Positions 1 to 6,838 of a DNA stretch of 24,000 nt are shown here, piece by piece. Position numbers and translations under genes: made by a program. The notes beneath the pieces were generated by a model. That model was not told the origin of the DNA. It was given only the letters and a program-made list of their open reading frames with translations, and made no database searches. Source of the DNA: an uncultured Candidatus Saccharibacteria bacterium (GTDB lineage Bacteria > Patescibacteriota > Saccharimonadia > Saccharimonadales > 2-12-FULL-41-12); assembly GCA_964540445.1 (NCBI GenBank), contig CAZIMF010000006.1, positions 1 through 24,000 of the forward strand. The letters are read 5' to 3'. Every line of letters starts with the position of its first letter. Within the stretch, counting starts at the first letter, position 1.

Positions 1-55
1 CTCAAAATCTTGTGTCCTTCGGGACGTGCCGGTTCAAGTCCGGCCCGCGGTACCA
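1..55 (+). tRNA. 3' portion of a class II (long variable arm) tRNA, probably tRNA-Leu(CAA). The 5' half lies outside the window.
   Basis: Anticodon loop CTCAAAA at 1-7 (anticodon CAA). Variable arm GTCC-TTCG-GGAC. T arm GCCGG-TTCAAGT-CCGGC at 28-44. Acceptor 3' strand CCGCGGT, discriminator A, and encoded CCA at 53-55. Confidence 0.7.
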
Positions 56-80
56 GATAATAGACACAGTTTGTTGCATA

Positions 81-116
81 GTAAAACGGGGCCTGGCTAA
101 CCCCGTTTTACTTATT
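81..116. terminator. Intrinsic terminator hairpin between tRNA-Leu (+) and the 115-aa gene (-)
   Basis: Perfect 11-bp stem GTAAAACGGGG (81-91) / CCCCGTTTTAC (101-111) with a 9-nt loop, followed by TTATTT on the + strand. It sits between the convergent 3' ends. Confidence 0.6.
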
Positions 117-133
117 TAATTACACTAGTTTAT

Positions 134-481
134 TTAGTTATATATACCGATCCAGGTATTGTTACTAGAGTAATTTGTCGCACTACCGGTAGTGGCGCTT
201 CCTCCAAAAGTATTGAAGAAAACTAAGGCACTTCCGGTTGTGGCATTCTGAAAGTTTAGACTACTAACCCCTACCAGGTTAACATTCGTTTTTGTAACGG
301 TCTTGGTGTACGATTGGTTAATTTGATTAAATGAACCTGGCCCCGTAAATGTTATTGAGGCTGCTGAAGCCGGAGTGCTAGCGGCACCAGCAATTGCAAT
401 CGATGCCGATAATGCCAGTAACAACCCAACTACTTTTTGCAAAACATTGTTTTTAGTGTGTGTAAAAAATGCATTTTTCAT
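134..481 (-). CDS. Small secreted Asn/Thr/Gly-rich protein with one 'TGPGSxN' repeat unit. Paralog of the repeats in the 18021-19055 gene.
   Basis: 115-aa ORF. Signal-peptide-like N-terminus (KVVGLLLALSASIAIAGAASTPASA). Strong SD GGGGGTGGAG (reverse complement of 483-492). The mature part ITFTGPGSFNQINQS..TNVNL..LNFQNATTGSA..GGSATTGSATN aligns with the repeat unit of the 344-aa protein. Confidence 0.8.
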   Translation of the reverse strand: MKNAFFTHTKNNVLQKVVGLLLALSASIAIAGAASTPASAASITFTGPGSFNQINQSYTKTVTKTNVNLVGVSSLNFQNATTGSALVFFNTFGGSATTGSATNYSSNNTWIGIYN

Positions 482-500
482 GCTCCACCCCCTGCTTTAC

Positions 501-529
501 CTTATAAAATGAGCGTTAATAACGCGTAA
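501..529 (-). promoter_or_regulatory. Candidate sigma70-type promoter of the 115-aa gene, overlapped by a 13-bp palindrome
   Basis: Read on the - strand: TTACGC (524-529), 17 nt, TATAAG (501-506), then about a 13-nt leader carrying the SD. The perfect palindrome GCGTTAATAACGC at 513-525 overlaps the spacer and -35. Confidence 0.4.
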
Positions 530-646
530 CTATATATAATAAAATTCTTATGGCAGGATCATCTATCTAAATTTTTACAGATACCCATGGGAGATAAGCC
601 TATAATGTTTAGCTTGATGTTTTAAACATACTAAGTCTTCCGCCGC

Positions 647-1087
647 CTAAAGAGCTACCGGTGTAATCGGAAAGCCTTTTTTAAAAGCTTCGATCATGGC
701 TTTTTGTAGCTGGATAGTGCTAAACGGAAGTCGTTCAAAGTGTTTGATGTCTACCCACATCGGTGTATGAGTGTTTGCACCAAGCCGGTTAAGCTGGGCC
801 TCTTCTGAGGCATCTTGGATAGCGACAGATTCATGTGGGGCTACTTCACAAACAAAAATGAATTGGTCGTTGTACGGCGCTGGGTGTTTTTCGGTAAAAA
901 CTAACGTAAACTTGGTGACTTGTAGCCCTGTTTCTTCCGCCACTTCTCGCACCACTGCCTGCTCTGGAGTCTCGTCATCATTTAAACGGCCACCAACAAG
1001 CGTGTAGTATTGTGCCCCATGTCGATTGCGATGCATCACGAGCAGTTTGTTGTTTTCGATAATAATTGCGCGAGCTGCTGTTGCCAT
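647..1087 (-). CDS. Nudix hydrolase
   Basis: Nudix box GGRLNDDETPEQAVVREVAEETGL (GX5EX7REUXEEXGU). Start placed at M9 (MATAARAIIIENNKLLV) because a TATACT box lies 7 nt upstream. The ORF track start at 1111 is the alternative. Confidence 0.85.
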   Translation of the reverse strand: MATAARAIIIENNKLLVMHRNRHGAQYYTLVGGRLNDDETPEQAVVREVAEETGLQVTKFTLVFTEKHPAPYNDQFIFVCEVAPHESVAIQDASEEAQLNRLGANTHTPMWVDIKHFERLPFSTIQLQKAMIEAFKKGFPITPVAL

Positions 1088-1094
1088 ACCATGT

Positions 1095-1100
1095 AGTATA
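1095..1100 (-). promoter_or_regulatory. -10 box placed for a leaderless Nudix mRNA
   Basis: On the - strand: TATACT, 7 nt (ACATGGT), ATG (1087). No SD. Confidence 0.45.
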
Positions 1101-1133
1101 CACAGTATCACCCCACAGTTAACTCTCTGTATT

Positions 1134-1142
1134 TGGTATGAT
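1134..1142 (+). promoter_or_regulatory. Extended -10 box placed for a leaderless mRNA of the small membrane protein
   Basis: TGgTATGAT, 6 nt (TGCTGT), ATG at 1149. No SD. Confidence 0.5.
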
Positions 1143-1148
1143 TGCTGT

Positions 1149-1427
1149 ATGACTGCTAAAAAGGCAACTCTGCTAAAAAAATTCTTTGCTGATAAAGATG
1201 GACAGATAGTTACCTGGCAATCTCCTAATGCCTTGCTGTGTATCTGGGTAATTATAAAATTATTATCAGCTATGCTCTCAGATAGTGAATTTAGAGGTGG
1301 ATTAGTGATGCTTGCTTCTGCGGTTCTTTTTTGCTGGGCTTATCTGGAGTTTACGCAAGGCGTCACTTATTTTCGAAGATTTCTTGGTGCGGCTGTTCTC
1401 GCTGTTACTATTTTAGGTTTTTTCTAA
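1149..1427 (+). CDS. Small hydrophobic membrane protein, unknown function
   Basis: 92-aa ORF from the internal ATG of track ORF 1026-1427. Predicted TM segments LLCIWVIIKLLSAML, LVMLASAVLFCWAYL and FLGAAVLAVTILGFF. The upstream part of the track ORF overlaps the Nudix gene on the other strand. Confidence 0.55.
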   Translation: MTAKKATLLKKFFADKDGQIVTWQSPNALLCIWVIIKLLSAMLSDSEFRGGLVMLASAVLFCWAYLEFTQGVTYFRRFLGAAVLAVTILGFF

Positions 1428-1436
1428 GAAAAGTTT

Positions 1437-1445
1437 TGATATAGT
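1437..1445 (+). promoter_or_regulatory. Extended -10 box placed for a leaderless cfa mRNA
   Basis: TGaTATAGT, 6 nt (AACAAT), ATG at 1452. No SD. Confidence 0.5.
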
Positions 1446-1451
1446 AACAAT

Positions 1452-2567
1452 ATGAATAAGTCGAAGGTGTTTGTTCAGCGTTTACTGAGCTCAGCCAGCA
1501 TCACGGTTGATGGGCCTCAACCATTTGATATTCAGGTCCACGACGACAGGTTTTATAAGCGAGTCATTGCTGACCGAGAACTAGGTTTTGGCGAAAGTTA
1601 CATGGACGGTTGGTGGTCAAGCCAACGACTTGATCAAACAATAGCAACATTACTGGCAGGTAACCTCCGTGATGCAGTAAAGCCTTCTCCGGCAGCTGCT
1701 AAAACGGTGATTGTGGCAACAATTACCAACCCTCAAAAGAAAAACAAGGCCTACAAAAATGCCTCAGCTCATTACGACATAGGCAATGACTTATATCAGC
1801 GTATGCTTGATCCGCGCATGGTTTATAGCTGTGCCTTTTGGAAAAATGCCAAAACACTCGAGGAGGCGCAAGTTGCGAAGCTTGATCGAATATGTAAAAA
1901 ACTCCACCTCAAGAAAGGTATGACGCTGCTAGATATTGGTTGCGGCTGGGGCGGCTTTAGCAAATATGCCGCTGAAACCTATGGCGTTATTGTCACGGGT
2001 ATTTCGCCTGCCGCCGAACAAGTAAAATTGGCACGTGAGCGGACAAAGGGCTTAGAGGTAACCATATTGCAGCAAGATTTTCGCGAAGCAACTGGCTCAT
2101 ATGACAGAATTGTATCCGTTGGCATGCTTGAACATGTTGGTCCGAAAAACTATAAAAAATTCTTTGAACACTGCGACAAATTACTTAAAGATGATGGCAT
2201 TATGCTGCACCATACCATTGGCAACATTCGTACTGTTAAGACTGTGGACCCGTGGATTAATAAATACATTTTCCCGGGTGGTGTTATCCCATCGCTGACC
2301 CAGCTCATGCGAGCATCTGAGGGTAAATTTATCGTAGAAGATGTTGAAAATTTTGGTCCTGATTATGACAAAACCCTGATGGCATGGTTTGCCAACTTTA
2401 AAAAGCACTATCCAGAAATTAGCGATCAATACGACAAACGATTTTACAAAATGTGGGAGTATTATTTGTTGTCGTGTGCCGGCGCCTTTCGTGCCCGGCG
2501 CCTGCAGCTCTGGCAAATTGTATTTAGAAAAATTCAACCTTCTGAAACCTACGTCCCCCATCGTTAA
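1452..2567 (+). CDS. cfa: Cyclopropane-fatty-acyl-phospholipid synthase family SAM-dependent methyltransferase
   Basis: 371 aa. The N-terminal region FYKRVIADRELGFGESYMDGWWSSQRLD and the SAM motif LLDIGCGWGGF match the Cfa/mycolic acid cyclopropane synthase family pattern along the full length. Confidence 0.88.
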   Translation: MNKSKVFVQRLLSSASITVDGPQPFDIQVHDDRFYKRVIADRELGFGESYMDGWWSSQRLDQTIATLLAGNLRDAVKPSPAAAKTVIVATITNPQKKNKAYKNASAHYDIGNDLYQRMLDPRMVYSCAFWKNAKTLEEAQVAKLDRICKKLHLKKGMTLLDIGCGWGGFSKYAAETYGVIVTGISPAAEQVKLARERTKGLEVTILQQDFREATGSYDRIVSVGMLEHVGPKNYKKFFEHCDKLLKDDGIMLHHTIGNIRTVKTVDPWINKYIFPGGVIPSLTQLMRASEGKFIVEDVENFGPDYDKTLMAWFANFKKHYPEISDQYDKRFYKMWEYYLLSCAGAFRARRLQLWQIVFRKIQPSETYVPHR

Positions 2568-2591
2568 TCTGATCTACATCTAATATAGGCT

Positions 2592-2620
2592 TTGACACGG
2601 CAGAGGAAGACTTCTAAAAT
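2592..2620 (+). promoter_or_regulatory. Near-consensus sigma70 promoter upstream of the Rpf-like gene
   Basis: TTGACA (2592-2597), exactly 17 nt, TAAAAT (2615-2620). This predicts a leader of about 125 nt before the start at 2753. Confidence 0.55.
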
Positions 2621-2752
2621 AGGTAGATAGTTAAGCACTAGTACTTACTCATTTGATTGAACGCGCAACCACCTTGCACCATAGAATCCAGTCAGCAATT
2701 ACTAAGTCTTAGCTCCTAATTACTAACCCCTTAAACAGATAAGGAGGTGCTT

Positions 2753-3235
2753 TTGAACGGATATCCAGAATCAAGAGCTACTAGTACACATATTAAAATG
2801 GGCGTAGCAGTTGCCTTAAGCGTGCTGGCCTGCGGCTCAGCCACAGCCAATGCAGCACAGAAATATAACGCAGCTCCCACGCCGACTGCCGAATCGCCAG
2901 CTGGCCCTATGCCTTCGGGGGTGGTAGAAATGGGGATTTTTGCTACCGCTCATGCCAATGATGTATATGCCACCAGAAATCTACCAAGAATACTCAAAAG
3001 AATTGGTGGCTGTGAGACCAAAAACTCGCCCGTAGCCCGAATTAACTATACAGCGCAAAACCCTACCACGAGTGCATCGGGTGGATTCCAGTTTATGTAT
3101 GAAACCTGGGATCATTTTATGGGTTATGATGAAGCGTGGAAGGCGCCCCACAGGGTACAAAATAAGAAAGCCATTATAACCCTCCGCAAATACGGCACGG
3201 CGCCGTGGGCCGCATCACATTGGTGCTGGGATTAA
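2753..3235 (+). CDS. Secreted Rpf-like (resuscitation-promoting-factor type, transglycosylase-like domain) muralytic protein
   Basis: SD AAGGAGG at 2741-2747, 5 nt before TTG 2753. The track start GTG 2747 overlaps the SD, and ATG 2798 is another alternative. Signal peptide MGVAVALSVLACGSATANA. The C-terminal domain has Rpf landmarks: C-E-T (catalytic Glu context), SGGFQF, ETW, and a second Cys in PWAASHWCW. Confidence 0.7.
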   Translation: MNGYPESRATSTHIKMGVAVALSVLACGSATANAAQKYNAAPTPTAESPAGPMPSGVVEMGIFATAHANDVYATRNLPRILKRIGGCETKNSPVARINYTAQNPTTSASGGFQFMYETWDHFMGYDEAWKAPHRVQNKKAIITLRKYGTAPWAASHWCWD

Positions 3236-4015
3236 TTAGACATAGACAGCAGTAGTTATAGCTTCAAAAAGTTTGTTTGGATTTTGAATACTCCAGACTG
3301 CTATGCCAGCTGCCTGCTGACCAAATGGCTTCATAGACTTTTTATTTGTAATAGCAACGTTTCCTGTTCGCGCCGTCCATATGGCGGAGCCATGCAGTAT
3401 AGTCAAGGAGATAGGATAGGTTGCAGTAAGTTCGTATAGAATTGCTGCAAGAACTGGTATGCCACTGTCTGAAGTTATCGGTGTTTTTAGCTCCAGCGAA
3501 ATACCAAACTTTTGAAATTCATCAAAAGTTACTACCAGTACGGTATTCTCTCTTTGGAATAAATCTTTTGCTGGTAACGTAATGCTTGCAAGAGCTGCGC
3601 TAGCAATAATTAAAACCCCATTAAAATCAGCAATAAATTGTTCTAGCATTAGATTTGTTTCGCTATTTTTGCCTAAATCGCCGGCCAACAATACGCCGTC
3701 TGCCCATTGGCTGGCATCAAGCAGTTCGGCGAGCGCACTCTTCGCAAAGCTGCCGCTGGCGTTACTGGGTGCATATTCGATGTTCGGCAGCATTTTAGTA
3801 AGCTTACGTGTACTCTCGGGCATAAGTACGCGCACTGTTCCGGCTCCAGCCTGCTCGGCAGCTGCAAAGCTTTCCGCAACATGAATAAACTCCTGCGCCT
3901 GACCTCCAATAATAAGAAGTTTCCCCGCGCTTTGCTTTGTTTCAGGTTTACTCCAGAGCATACTAGGAAACAGCGGCGCCTCTGCTTCCTGTGATTGCCA
4001 AAATGTATCGATCAT
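3236..4015 (-). CDS. YjeF C-terminal / carbohydrate-kinase-like protein (NAD(P)HX dehydratase family), apparently degenerate
   Basis: 259 aa. The N-terminal GKLLIIGGQAQEFIHVAESFAAAEQAGAGTVRVLMPES resembles the YjeF_C pattern (vlviGGs..y.GA..la..aAlr.GaG.v). The C-terminal GGxGD nucleotide-binding motif is not recognisable (PFGQQAAGIAV instead). There is a 4-nt ATGA overlap with pip. Confidence 0.5.
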   Translation of the reverse strand: MIDTFWQSQEAEAPLFPSMLWSKPETKQSAGKLLIIGGQAQEFIHVAESFAAAEQAGAGTVRVLMPESTRKLTKMLPNIEYAPSNASGSFAKSALAELLDASQWADGVLLAGDLGKNSETNLMLEQFIADFNGVLIIASAALASITLPAKDLFQRENTVLVVTFDEFQKFGISLELKTPITSDSGIPVLAAILYELTATYPISLTILHGSAIWTARTGNVAITNKKSMKPFGQQAAGIAVWSIQNPNKLFEAITTAVYV

Positions 4016-4935
4016 AGGGTTGAAAGTACGGCTTTAGTGGCATCAAAGGTATTTCGTTCCGAACCAGAATGACCGGCAACAGTCATAATAAGCGAGCTGT
4101 TCGGTAATGATTGGTGTAACTTGTGGGCAATTAATGGCCGGCAGACCATATCGTATCTCCCCTGGATAATTGTTATAGGCATGGTAAGAGACGAAACATT
4201 GTCGAGTATGTAGTTTTGGGGCAGATAACAGTGCTTATTGTCAGTAAAATATGACAAGTTAACCTTGGCTGACTCAGCATCAAATTCCTCATACGGAACT
4301 TCAGTAAGTCGGGTGTCTAGCTTCATGAGGGCCATATCGATTGCGTACAATGCGTACGTTGACTTTTTATATGCTTCGCCACTAGCTGGATTGCTTATTT
4401 GCTCAAAGTGGTAAATATGCGGAGCCTCATGATGCTCGGGCGGTGTTCGCGCCAGTAATCGTTCCCATATCTCCGGGAAAAAATCTTTATTGCCTCCCCC
4501 ATAAAACCAATCTAGCTCCTCTTGATTGCCAAGGAATATCCCGCGGAGCACCATACTCTGAACGTGGTTGCCATACTTGATGCCATAACACAGCGCTAAG
4601 GTTGAACCCCATGAGCCTCCGGTTATGACCCATGAATCAATGGCGAGCGTATTTCTAATTAGCTCTAAATCCTCAACTAAGTCTTGAGTTGTATTATTTT
4701 CAAGCGAAGCATGTGGCGTACTTTTACCGCTACCCCGTTGGTCAAGAAATATAACTCGGTGTTTTTTAGGATCAAATGGTTCCTTATGCCCGTCATCGCA
4801 GCCGACCCCGGGCCCACCATGCAGAAATATTATTGGTGTTCCAGAAGGATTCCCCCACTCCTGTACATATAAGCTGTGCAGCCCGTCTGCTGTTTTTATC
4901 ATGCGTTCATTGATGGTATAGCTATCAGGATTCAT
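4012..4935 (-). CDS. pip: Proline iminopeptidase (alpha/beta hydrolase)
   Basis: HGGPG oxyanion motif, DQRGSGKS, nucleophile elbow GGSWGSTLAL. 307 aa, a typical length. Confidence 0.88.
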   Translation of the reverse strand: MNPDSYTINERMIKTADGLHSLYVQEWGNPSGTPIIFLHGGPGVGCDDGHKEPFDPKKHRVIFLDQRGSGKSTPHASLENNTTQDLVEDLELIRNTLAIDSWVITGGSWGSTLALCYGIKYGNHVQSMVLRGIFLGNQEELDWFYGGGNKDFFPEIWERLLARTPPEHHEAPHIYHFEQISNPASGEAYKKSTYALYAIDMALMKLDTRLTEVPYEEFDAESAKVNLSYFTDNKHCYLPQNYILDNVSSLTMPITIIQGRYDMVCRPLIAHKLHQSLPNSSLIMTVAGHSGSERNTFDATKAVLSTL

Positions 4936-4941
4936 GCCACT

Positions 4942-4947
4942 ATTCTA
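4942..4947 (-). promoter_or_regulatory. -10 box placed for a leaderless pip mRNA
   Basis: On the - strand: TAGAAT, 6 nt (AGTGGC), ATG (4935). No SD. Confidence 0.45.
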
Positions 4948-4963
4948 ACCTATTAAAGTTTAA

Positions 4964-5761
4964 TCATATTACAAGCTCTATGCTCACCGGACAGTGATCG
5001 GAGCCCATGACGGCGCTATGAATCTGGGCAGACTTAATGTGCTCCTTGAGCTGCTTGGAAACAAGGAAGTAATCGATACGCCAGCCGACATTTCGTTCGC
5101 TGGCTTTGGCCCAGTGGGTCCACCAACTGTAGTGACCGTTGCCTTGCGTGAACATTCGAAAGGTGTCGACAAATCCGGCGTCTAGAAAATTTTGAAATCC
5201 GGCACGCTCTTCGTCTGTAAAGCCGTGCTTGCCAATATTTGGCCCGGGATTAGCTAAATCATCTTCTGTATGAGCAACATTTAAATCACCACAAAAAATT
5301 ACTGGCTTTTTTTGCTCAAGCAGCTTGGCATAATCTAAAAATGCTTTATCCCATTGCTCGTGACGTAATTTTAACCGGCTCAGGTCACCTTTTGAGTTTG
5401 GCGTATAAACTGTCAGTACGTAAAAGGTATCAAATTCAGCTGCTAACACTCTACCTTCATGTAATGGGTCGCCGTACGTATCGGCCATGGCCGTATAGTT
5501 ATTGGCAATCACCTCGGGGAATCCATAGAGCACCTCTATTGGTTTCGTTTTGGTAAAAATTGCCGTACCTGAGTAACCTTTTTTAACTGCAGAATTCCAG
5601 TATTCATGGTAGCCGGGTATATCTACTTCAGACTGTTCTTGCTGCGCCTTAGTCTCTTGTAGACATAAAATATCGGGATCGTGCTCTTCAATAAACTTCT
5701 GAAACATTCCTTTGTTCCAAACGGCTCGGATGCCATTTACATTCCACGAGTATATTTTCAT
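4964..5761 (-). CDS. xth: Exodeoxyribonuclease III (AP endonuclease)
   Basis: MKIYSWNVNGIRA, LCLQETK, GDLNVAH, and a C-terminal SDHCPV motif. 265 aa. Confidence 0.92.
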   Translation of the reverse strand: MKIYSWNVNGIRAVWNKGMFQKFIEEHDPDILCLQETKAQQEQSEVDIPGYHEYWNSAVKKGYSGTAIFTKTKPIEVLYGFPEVIANNYTAMADTYGDPLHEGRVLAAEFDTFYVLTVYTPNSKGDLSRLKLRHEQWDKAFLDYAKLLEQKKPVIFCGDLNVAHTEDDLANPGPNIGKHGFTDEERAGFQNFLDAGFVDTFRMFTQGNGHYSWWTHWAKASERNVGWRIDYFLVSKQLKEHIKSAQIHSAVMGSDHCPVSIELVI

Positions 5762-5768
5762 AGATAAC

Positions 5769-5774
5769 AGTATA
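5769..5774 (-). promoter_or_regulatory. -10 box placed for a leaderless xth mRNA
   Basis: On the - strand: TATACT, 7 nt (GTTATCT), ATG (5761). No SD. Confidence 0.45.
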
Positions 5775-5818
5775 GCGTCTAGAAAATGAAAAACCTATGT
5801 CTGCTTTTAGGTCACTTC

Positions 5819-5827
5819 TGTTATAAT
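5819..5827 (+). promoter_or_regulatory. Extended -10 box upstream of pyrH (leaderless or very short leader)
   Basis: TGtTATAAT, 9 nt (TTGCAACCA), ATG at 5837. No SD. Confidence 0.5.
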
Positions 5828-5836
5828 TTGCAACCA

Positions 5837-6544
5837 ATGGCATATAAACGAGTACTCTTAAAACTGTCCGGCGAAATGTTGTCTGGCCAATTTGAACATG
5901 GTATTGATCCGGAGTTGGCAAAGTGGTTTGCACGAGAGGTTCAAAAGGCTTCAGAAGCAGGCACCGAAATTGTAATTATGGTTGGTGGTGGTAACTTTGT
6001 ACGTGGCGCCCAAGTAGCTGGCCATGGTATCCGCCGCGTTACGGGAGATCATATGGGCATGTTAGGTACTATGATAAACGCACTGGCCTTAACAGATATC
6101 TTTGAAGATCAGGGTGTTAAAACGCGCTGCTTAACTAATATTTTTGCACAGCAGGTCGCTGAGCCATTTGTCTATCGCTTAGCAAATAAGCATCTTGAAA
6201 AAGGCCGCGTTGTAATCGCCGGCGGCGGCTTAGGTCGCCCCTATCTCACTACCGATACCGCAGCCGTTTCATTAGCGCTTGAAATGGACTGTGAAATTGT
6301 TCTAAAAGCTACCAAAGTAAATGGTGTGTATGATAAAGATCCACATCAACACGACGACGCAGTTCGCTATGAATCATTACAGTTCCAGCAAGCAGTTGAA
6401 AACGCTGAAATTAAAGTTATGGATAAAGCTGCAATGGGGCTTGCCATGGAACAAGGTATGCAGTTAGTTATCTTTAACCCCATGGACGAGGGTGCCATTG
6501 CCTCAGTTATCAGCGGCGATCCAGTCGGCACTAAAATTAGCTAG
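5837..6544 (+). CDS. pyrH: UMP kinase
   Basis: Starts MAYKRVLLKLSGE (canonical PyrH N-terminus), then VGGGNFVRG. The track start at 5786 adds 17 non-homologous residues. Confidence 0.92.
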   Translation: MAYKRVLLKLSGEMLSGQFEHGIDPELAKWFAREVQKASEAGTEIVIMVGGGNFVRGAQVAGHGIRRVTGDHMGMLGTMINALALTDIFEDQGVKTRCLTNIFAQQVAEPFVYRLANKHLEKGRVVIAGGGLGRPYLTTDTAAVSLALEMDCEIVLKATKVNGVYDKDPHQHDDAVRYESLQFQQAVENAEIKVMDKAAMGLAMEQGMQLVIFNPMDEGAIASVISGDPVGTKIS

Positions 6545-6549
6545 ATTTG

Positions 6550-6637
6550 TGGCGGAGGGAGAGGGATTCGAACCCTCGAGGACTTGCGCCCAACACGCTT
6601 TCCAAGCGTGCGCCATAGGCCACTAGGCGACCCCTCC
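6550..6637 (-). tRNA. tRNA-Ser(GGA), 88 nt with encoded CCA
   Basis: The reverse complement reads GGAGGGGTCGCCTAGTGGCCTATGGCGCACGCTTGGAAAGCGTGTTGGGCGCAAGTCCTCGAGGGTTCGAATCCCTCTCCCTCCGCCA. It has a 7-bp acceptor stem, anticodon loop TTGGAAA, a long variable arm, and a GGTTCGAATCC T-loop. Confidence 0.9.
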
Positions 6638-6663
6638 ATGACATGACAGTATAGCTTATAGCT

Positions 6664-6716
6664 TACTATACCTCCGCTTCATTAAATTTTAATAAAACGG
6701 AGGTATAGTACCTTTT
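6664..6716 (+). terminator. Long hairpin followed by a T-run; possible pyrH terminator
   Basis: Perfect 13-bp stem TACTATACCTCCG (6664-6676) / CGGAGGTATAGTA (6698-6710) with a 21-nt AT-rich loop, then CCTTTT. The large loop is atypical for an intrinsic terminator. Confidence 0.3.
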
Positions 6717-6825
6717 AATGTACCTTGTGCCCTATTCAGGCATAAAAATGCTAGAAAATGATTAAAAAGTAGTTATTGGCTTAAATTTTACTACAAAACC
6801 CCTGTTAAAGAAGTTAATTACAGCG

Positions 6826-6831
6826 TATTAT
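6826..6831 (+). promoter_or_regulatory. -10 box placed for a leaderless ABC-transporter mRNA
   Basis: TATTAT, 7 nt (AGACATA), ATG at 6839. No SD. Confidence 0.4.
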
Positions 6832-6838
6832 AGACATA

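Noticed and set aside
2621-2746. ydaO-type (c-di-AMP) riboswitch in the leader of the Rpf-like gene, as found upstream of actinobacterial rpfA
   Set aside because: I could not find the pseudo-two-fold-symmetric helices or the conserved G/C-rich cores of that riboswitch. The leader is AT-rich with only short hairpins. An Rfam scan would be decisive.
6648-6653. TATACT box (- strand) 10 nt upstream of the tRNA-Ser 5' end, as a tRNA promoter
   Set aside because: It is plausible, but there is no supporting -35 or extended -10, and the region is AT-rich. That is too weak to list as a feature.
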